In this document: piece by piece, positions 51,230-64,000 of the stretch
How the letters are laid out: each line of letters opens with the position of its first letter
Position numbering within the stretch: the first letter of the stretch is position 1
DNA from: Octopus vulgaris
Taxonomy: Eukaryota
Assembly (NCBI GenBank): GCA_951406725.2
Contig: OX597823.1
Span: forward strand, 7,502,001 to 7,566,000
Length of the DNA stretch: 64,000 nt
Direction: 5' to 3'
The notes under the pieces: model-generated
Databases searched by the model: none
Told to the model about the DNA's origin: nothing
The model's input: only the letters and a program-made list of their open reading frames with translations
Program-made: the position numbers and the translations under genes

Positions 51230-53269
51230 TATAAGGTGGTGAGCTGGCTGAAACGTTAGCACACTGGGCAAAATACTAAGCCGTATTTTGTCTCTGTCTT
51301 TACGTTCTAAGTTCAAATTTTGGTGTGGTCGACTTTGCCTTTCATCCTTTTGGGGTCGATAAATATCAAAGGAAGGCTAACTGGGAGGATAGCTTTTGTA
51401 TGTGGCAGTTGCTCGGGAGCTATAAATAACACTGCAAATGATGATATATCATCATCATCGTTTAGCGTCCGTTTTCCATGCTAGCATGGGTTGGACGGTT
51501 CTACTGGGGTCTGTGAAGCCAGAAGGCTTCATCAGGCCCAGTCAAATCTGGCAGTGTTTCTACGGCTGGATGCCCTTCCTAATGCCAACCACTCCAAGAG
51601 TGTAGTGGGTGCTTTTTACGTGCCACCCGCACAGGTGCCAGACAGAGCTGGCAAACGGCCACGAACGGATGGTGCTTTTTATGTGCCACCAGCACGAGGG
51701 CCAGGCGAGGCTGGCAACGGACACGAAACGGGGCGGTGCTGGCAACGGTCGCGAAACAGAAGGTTCTCTTACATGCCACCAGCACTGGTAACACATCTGC
51801 AATTTCCATTGATCGATTTCGATTCTGATCCTCACTTGCCTCAACAGGTCTTCACAAGTAGAGATTTGTGTCCCAAGAAGGGAAGGTATGCATACGTAGG
51901 CTGGCTCCATCCCATGTAGAAGGCCGCGGGTTATGGACTCACTTGTCCTGCCGGGTCTTCTCGCGCACAGCACACTTCCAGAGGACTCGGTCTCTAGTCA
52001 TTTCCTCAGTGAGACCTAAAGTTCGAAGGTCGTGCTTCACCACCTCGTCCCAGGTTTTCCTGGGTCTGCCTCTTCCACAGGTTCCCTCAATCGCTAGGGT
52101 GTGGCACTTTTTCACACAACTATCTTCATCCATTCTCGCCACATGACCATACCAGCGCAAACGTCTCTCAACTGATGCTTCTTAGGTCCAGCTTTTCTCT
52201 CAAGGTACTTACACTCTGCCGAGTATGAGTACTGACATTACACATCCATATATATATATATATATATATACACATTGGATTTCTGTATATATATGTATAT
52301 TGATTGGCGATTTCTTTTCCTTCTTTCAACTTTTCCCTTTCTACTTTCTAGGGAAGAGCTATGCTAAAAACCACAGAACTCTCTCTTTTTACTGTGCATC
52401 AGGCTAATACATTCCTTGTGCGTATCCTCTTGTTGCTTGTTAATTTTATTATTAGTTTATTTGAATTGTCTATATATATATATATATACTCTTTACTCTT
52501 TTACTCTTTTACTTGTTTCAGTCATTTGACTGTGGCCATGCTGGAGCACCACCTTTCGTCAAGCAAATCGACCCCGGGACTTATTCTTTGTAAGCCCAGT
52601 ACTTATTCTATTGGTCTCTTTTGCCGAACCGCTAAGTGACGGAGACATAAACACACCAACATCAGTGGTCAAGCAATACTAGGGGAACAAACACAAACAC
52701 ACATATATATATGTATATACATATATACGACAGGCTTCTTTCAGTTTCCGTCTACCAAATCCACTCACAAGGCTGTGGTCGGCCCGAGGTTATAGTAGAA
52801 GACACTTGCCCAAGGTGGTACGCAGTGGGAATGAACCCGGAACCATGTGGTTGGTAAGCAAGCTACTTACCACACAGCCACTCATATATTTGTTTACTTA
52901 TGCGTGTCTCTTTGTCTTGGTGTTGCATGATAGTTGTGAACGAATATTACTGTCAGGCAAGCAAGGACCTTTGCTCATCTTTTGTGGAAACATGTCTGGT
53001 CATGAAGAATTATTTCCTTACTTGAAAACAGGTGAGAATTGGTGATAGGAAGAGCATCCAGCTGCGGAAATCCACCTCAACAAAATTCTATCCAACCCAT
53101 GCAAGCATGGTAAAGCAGACATTAAAAGCTATAATGATGTATTCAATAACAAAAATCTCTAGAAATAAGTTTTTCTCGAAAGAAATCAAAGTCTTTACAG
53201 TGAAAAAAGTGATAAAATTACTGAATCTTTGAAGTATCAAAATTAGTCTTCAGCTTGATGCCATATCTA
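51230..53269 (+). repeat. Duplicate 2 of segment 38423-40458
   Basis: Offset 4456 bp from duplicate 1, virtually identical. Confidence 0.97.
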
Positions 53270-55761
53270 TTATTATCAAACATTCTCCTCAAACATTTTC
53301 AACAAATATTTTCATCAAGCATTTTCATCAAACATTTTCATCAAACGTTTTCATCAAACATTTTCGTCAAACATTTTAATAAAACAAATTTCATCAGACA
53401 TTTTCTTCAAACATTATCATCAAACATTATCTTCGAACATTTTCATAAAACATTTATCTTCAAACATTTTCATCAAACATTTATCATCAAACATTTTCAT
53501 CAAACATTTTCATCAAACATTTTTCATCAAACATTTTCATCAAACGTTATCATCAAACATTTTCATCAAACATTTATTATCAAACATTCTCCTCAAACAT
53601 TTTCATCTAACATTTTCATGAAATATTTTCATCAAACATTTATCAACAAACATTAATCATTAAACATTTATAATCAAATATTTTCATCAAACATTTTCAT
53701 CAAACATTTATCAACAAACATTTTCATCAAACATAAAAAATCAAACATTCTCCTCAAACATCTTCATTACACATTTTCATCAAACATTTTCATCTAACAT
53801 TTGCATCAAACATTTGCATCAAACATTTTATCAACAAACATTAATCATCAAACATTTTCCTCAAACATTTTCATCAGACATTTTCATCAAGCATTATCAT
53901 CAAACATTATCTTCAAACATTTTCATCAAACATTCATCATCAAATAATTTCATCAAACATTTTCATCAAATATTTTCATCAAACATTTTCATCAAACATT
54001 TTCATGAAACATTTTCATCAAACAATAATCATCAAACATTCCTATCAAACATTTTCATCAAACCATTCTATCAAACATTTTCATCGAACATTTCCATCAA
54101 ACATTTATCAAGAATATTCATCAAGCATTTTCGTCAAACATTTTCATCAGACATTTTCATCAAGCATTATCATCAAATATTTTCATCAAACATTTTCATC
54201 AAACATTTTCATCAAACATTTTCATCAACCATTTTAATCAAACATTCTCATCAAATATTTTTTTAAACATTTTCATCAAACATTTTCATCAAACATTTCC
54301 ATCAAACATTCTCATCAAACATTTCCATCAAATATTATCATCAAACATTATCTTCAAACATTTTCATGAAACATTTATCATCAAACATTTTCATCAAACA
54401 TTTTCATCAAATAATTTATTAAAACATTTTCATCAAACATATTCGTCAAACATTTTCATCAAACATTTAACTCAAATATTTTATTCAAATATTTTCATCT
54501 AACATTTTCATCAAACATTTTCATCAAAATTTATTCAAACATTTTCATCAAACATTTTTCATCAAACATTTTAATAAAGCATTTTCAACAAACATTTTCA
54601 TCAAACATATTCATCAAACATTTTCATAAAACGTTTTCATCAAACATTTTAATAAAACATTTTCAACAAACATTTTCATCAAACATTTTCATCAAACATT
54701 TTCATCAAACATTTATTATCAAACATTCTCCTCAAACATTTTCAACAAATATTTTCATCAAACATTTTCATCAAACATTTTCATCAAACGTTTTCATCAA
54801 ACATTTTCATCAAACATTTTAATCAAACAAATTTCATCAGACATTTTCTTCAAACATTATCATCAAACATTATCTTCGAACATTTTCATAAAACATTTAT
54901 CTTCAAACATTATCAACATTATTTACATTTTCATAAAATTTTATCAAACATTTTCTAAACATTTCAAAAATTTCCAAACATTTTCATCAAACATTTATCA
55001 TCAAACATTTTCATCAAACATTTTCATCAAACATTTTTCATCAAACATTTTCATCAAACGTTATCATCAAACATTTTCATCAAACATTTATTATCAAACA
55101 TTCTCCTCAAACATTTTCATCTAACATTTTCATCAAATATTTTCATCAAACATTTATCAACAAACATTAATCATCAAAAATTTATCATCAAACATTTTCA
55201 TGAAACATTTTCATCAAACATTTATTATCAAACATTCTCCTCAAACATTTTCAACAAATATTTTCATCAAGCATTTTCATCAAACATTTTCATCAAACGT
55301 TTTCATCAAACATTTTCATCAAACATTTTAATAAAACAAATTTCATCAGACATTTTCTTCAAACATTATCATCAAACATTATCTTCGAACATTTTCATAA
55401 AACATTTATCTTCAAACATTTTCATCAAACATTTATCATCAAACATTTTCATCAAACATTTTCATCAAACATTTTTCTATATATCAAACATTTTCATCAA
55501 ACGTTATCATCAAACATTTTCATCTAACATTTTCATCAAATATTTTCATCAAACATTTATCAACAAACATTAATCATCAAACATTTATCATCAAATATTT
55601 TCATCAAACATTTTCATCAAACATTTATCAACAAACATTTTCATCAAACATAAAAAATCAAACATTCTCCTCAAACATCTTCATTACACATTTTCATCAA
55701 ACATTTTCATCTAACATTTTCATCAAACATTTGCATCAAACATTTTATCAACAAACATTAA
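53270..55761. repeat. 13-bp satellite, block 3
   Basis: Copy of block 2 with a noisy patch at ~54910-54980. Confidence 0.97.
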
Positions 55762-56472
55762 TATAAGGTGGTGAGCTGGCAAACGTTAGCACACTGGGCA
55801 AAATACTAAGCCGTATTTTGTCTCTGTCTTTACGTTCTAAGTTCAAATTTTGGTGTGGTCGACTTTGCCTTTCATCCTTTTGGGGTCGATAAATATCAAA
55901 GGAAGGCTAACTGGGAGGATAGCTTTTGTATGTGGCAGTTGCTCGGGAGCAAATAACACTGCAAATGATGATATATCATCATCATCGTTTAGCGTCCGTT
56001 TTCCATGCTAGCATGGGTTGGACGGTTCTACTGGGGTCTGTGAAGCCAGAAGGCTTCATCAGGCCCAGTCAAATCTGGCAGTGTTTCTACGGCTGGATGC
56101 CCTTCCTAATGCCAACCACTCCAAGAGTGTAGTGGGTGCTTTTTACGTGCCACCCGCACAGGTGCCAGACAGAGCTGGCAAACGGCCACGAACGGATGGT
56201 GCTTTTTATGTGCCACCAGCACGAGGGCCAGGCGAGGCTGGCAACGGACACGAAACGGGGCGGTGCTGGCAACGGTCGCGAAACAGAAGGTTCTCTTACA
56301 TGCCACCAGCACTGGTAACACATCTGCAATTTCCATTGATCGATTTCGATTCTGATCCTCACTTGCCTCAACAGGTCTTCACAAGTAGAGATTTGTGTCC
56401 CAAGAAGGGAAGGTATGCATACGTAGGCTGGCTCCATCCCATGTAGAAGGCCGCGGGTTATGGACTCACTTG
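55762..56472 (+). repeat. Duplicate 3 (truncated by gap)
   Basis: Same start TATAAGGTGGTGAGCTGG; small deletions relative to copies 1-2. Confidence 0.95.
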
Positions 56473-56572
56473 NNNNNNNNNNNNNNNNNNNNNNNNNNNN
56501 NNNNNNNNNNNNNNNNNNNNNNNNNNNNNNNNNNNNNNNNNNNNNNNNNNNNNNNNNNNNNNNNNNNNNNNN
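56473..56572. other. Assembly gap (100 N)
   Basis: Run of N. Confidence 1.
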
Positions 56573-57174
56573 CACATACATATGGAAGTGAGAGAAAAAA
56601 ACCGAAGAAATTCTTTGTTTTGACAGGTATATATATACATATATACATATATATATACATATATGCATATATATACATACATGGATATATATATACATAT
56701 ATATATATAAACATATATATAACATATATAAATACATACATAAATATATAAATACATACATATACATATATATATACATATACATATACGTACATATATA
56801 TACATATATATATATACATACATATACATATGCATACATATATACATTCATACATATATATACGTACATATACATATATATTTATATATAAATATACATA
56901 TACATATGTACATATATATACATATATATATACATACATGCATATACACACACATACATATATATACATACGTATATGTATACATATATATACATGTTAG
57001 CATGCAGGGCAAAATGCTTAGTGGTATTTCGGCTGCCACTACGTTCTGAGTTCAAATTCCGCCAAGGTCGATTAAATAAGTACCAGTTACGCACTGGGGT
57101 CGATGCAGTCCATTTGTCTGTCCTTGTTTGTCTCCTCTGTGTTTAGCCCCTTGTGGGTAGAAAAGAAATATATA

Positions 57175-57543
57175 TATTCAAAGTTACTCCAACCGCAGAA
57201 CGGGCGCTGCTGCGTGGTGCCAAGGATTCCAACATCACCATCAAAATACAGGTCCAGATACTGCAACAGCTAGAGGACCACAGCTTTTCAACATCCTCCC
57301 TAAATGCCTGAGAGACTTACATGGTGTGGATGTGGGTTTCTTTAAAACTAAACTGGATCTCTTCTTGTTGGGAGTCCCAGATGAACCTACCTCACGACAG
57401 GAGACACGGATGCGGGCAGCAGCATATCCCTTGTTGATCATGCCACGTATCAGAGGTGGATTCACAAACTAGTGTGGCTCATTCAGCGGTGGTGCCCCAG
57501 CATGGCCGCGGCCTTCGGGCTAAAACATTTTTAAGGATTTTAA

Positions 57544-57547
<4 letters not shown>
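57175..57547 (+). mobile_element. LINE 3' end (second CR1/L2-group family)
   Basis: RGPQLFNILPKCLRDLHGVDVGFFKTKLDLFLLGVPDEPTSRQETRMRAAA, then tail GGTGCCCCAGCATGGCCGCGGCC..(TTTTAAGGA)2. Confidence 0.8.
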
Positions 57548-57581
<34 letters not shown>

Positions 57582-57828
57582 GTATATACATATACATGTA
57601 TATATATATATATATAAATGTATATACATATACATGTATATATATGATACATATATATAGATACATATATATATATACATACACATACATATATATATAT
57701 ACACACACACACACATATATATATATACACACACACACACACATATATATATACATACACACACACATATATATATACATACACACACACACACACATAT
57801 ATACATACACACACACACACATATACAT

Positions 57829-57861
<33 letters not shown>

Positions 57862-57882
57862 CATACATATATATATATACAT

Positions 57883-57919
<37 letters not shown>

Positions 57920-58090
57920 CATACATATATATATATATATACACACACACATATATATATACACATACATATATACATACACACACACACATATATATAT
58001 ATATATGGAGATAGGGAGAGAAAGAAAAAGAGGAAGAAGGTCCTTGTCTTGACATGGCACACTTGTTATAAATATAAGGTAATGTCTTAC

Positions 58091-58172
58091 AAGGTTTGAC
58101 ATTCATTTGCACCGTTCTCCAAAGCCATGGCTGGCCATGGAGTGATGTTCCCTAGTTTCGAAACAGGTGGGT
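58091..58172 (-). other. Candidate host exon (82 nt)
   Basis: Acceptor cctttcatAG, donor GTAAGA; a single open frame (D)[26 protein letters not shown]; Kozak-like GCCAGCCATGG. No homology recognised. Confidence 0.3.
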
Positions 58173-58359
58173 CTATGAAAGGTATCAAGTTGTAGAATAA
58201 GGGGATTAGAAAAGTGGAATCAAAACAACAATGATGACAATCATATGTATATAAAAGCTCATAAATACATATACACATATATATATATATATATATATGC
58301 AGAGAGCGAGTGGGGGTAAATATAAGTATATACATATATAGGCACAAACAAATATTTAT

Positions 58360-58400
<41 letters not shown>

Positions 58401-58551
58401 TGCAGGAATATGTTTACATTGCATACACCATAAAATTACATATAAATGCATGTTTATAATACATTTTTGAACCTGCATACACCTGCATATAACTAAATAA
58501 ATAAATATTGTGTGTACATACATATGCATAAGTATCACTGTAATCTTATGA

Positions 58552-58601
<50 letters not shown>

Positions 58602-59403
58602 TCTATATTCATATATATATATATATATATATACATACATATAGAAATATAGACAGATAGATAAAGATTTGCATATATGCAAATATGTATGTATGAATTA
58701 TTATGATATTACATTTTTGATATCTAAGATTGTGAGCTGGCAGAAGTGTTACCATCTTAGTTCAAATGCCAGTACAGTTAAATATGACTTAGAATAACTT
58801 AGAAAGGTTTTGGCCAGTATTGGCCCAGGCCATGTCTAACTTAATAGCACTTAATATGACTTCTATCCTTCTAGAGTCCATAAAAACAGTACCCGCTGAG
58901 CACTGAGGCTGATATTATCAACTGAACTCCTGACACTGAAATTGCTGGCATTGTTCTAAACTCTGAAACCAAAGTGTAAATTTGCATAGGTATGTATGTG
59001 TGTGTGTGTGTATATATATGTGTGTGTGTGTATATATATATATACACATAATGAAAGATACATACACAAATACACATATCTGAATGTATATATGTATATA
59101 ATCATCGCTATACATATTTATGTACATGAACATGTATATAGGCATATTTTTTGTTTTGACTAAAAGTAATAGACTGATCAATACGCATTTGCTTATACAT
59201 AAAACATTGACTCCCTGTAATATATCAGGGAATAATATCAGTGTCCCCTGATATATTACAGGGAATATTATTAATTCCTTGAATAAAAAGGGCATAGGAA
59301 ACTTATAGCAAACTTTCTTCTCTAACAGTGTCTGCTATCAGAAGCAGTGAATAGATCTGTGTGCTTGTACATCATTTCAAAGATCCCTTAAAAACATATA
59401 TAT

Positions 59404-59435
<32 letters not shown>

Positions 59436-59499
59436 GGATCTGTCACATTCAATTCGATAACGTGTAATAAATAATATATATTTATATACATACATATAA

Positions 59500-61768
<2,269 letters not shown>

Positions 61769-61769
61769 A

Positions 61770-61982
61770 CTCTTTTACTCTTTTACTTGTTTCAGCCATC
61801 CGGCTGAGGCCATGCTGGGGCACCGCCCTTGTTGCTACCCTCTCTAAGTCCAGTTTGCCGTGGCTGGCCACTGATCTAAGGGAGAGTTTGTAGCTGCTGC
61901 CCTTAGGTTACCTTCGTACCTTGCAGTGGGTTCATCTGGAATCCCGGAAAGCAGCTTGTCTAGATGTTTTTTGAAAATGTCA
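61770..61982 (-). mobile_element. LINE 3' end related to 57175 family
   Basis: [37 protein letters not shown]; tail GGCGGTGCCCCAGCATGGCC..GCTGAAACAAGTAAAAGAGTAAAAGAG. Confidence 0.8.

Positions 61983-64000
<2,018 letters not shown>

Overview
This is a repeat-saturated, AT-rich eukaryotic window. The SINE/LINE families and huge (TA/CA)n tracts are typical of an octopus (coleoid cephalopod) genome; that assignment is an inference. No intact host protein-coding gene is recognisable, and nearly all long ORFs in the track are microsatellite or satellite artefacts. Mobile elements include a near full-length but disrupted CR1-type LINE (34.2-37.6 kb, minus) plus truncated 3' copies. There are also many RTE LINE 3' ends whose UTRs carry arrays of ~60-nt structured repeats, Tx1/L1 and other LINE remnants, at least three tRNA-derived SINE families, mariner/hAT/piggyBac relics and a clean non-autonomous Helitron. 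Other features are a tRNA-Asp pseudogene and a Penelope-type hammerhead relic. The most striking structure (44.2-56.5 kb) is a strand-biased 13-bp satellite (CATCAAACATTTT). It has twice captured neighbouring DNA (157 bp, then 2.04 kb) and been amplified as a ~4.46-kb composite unit at least three times, running into an assembly gap. Most element boundaries are approximate and were read by eye.
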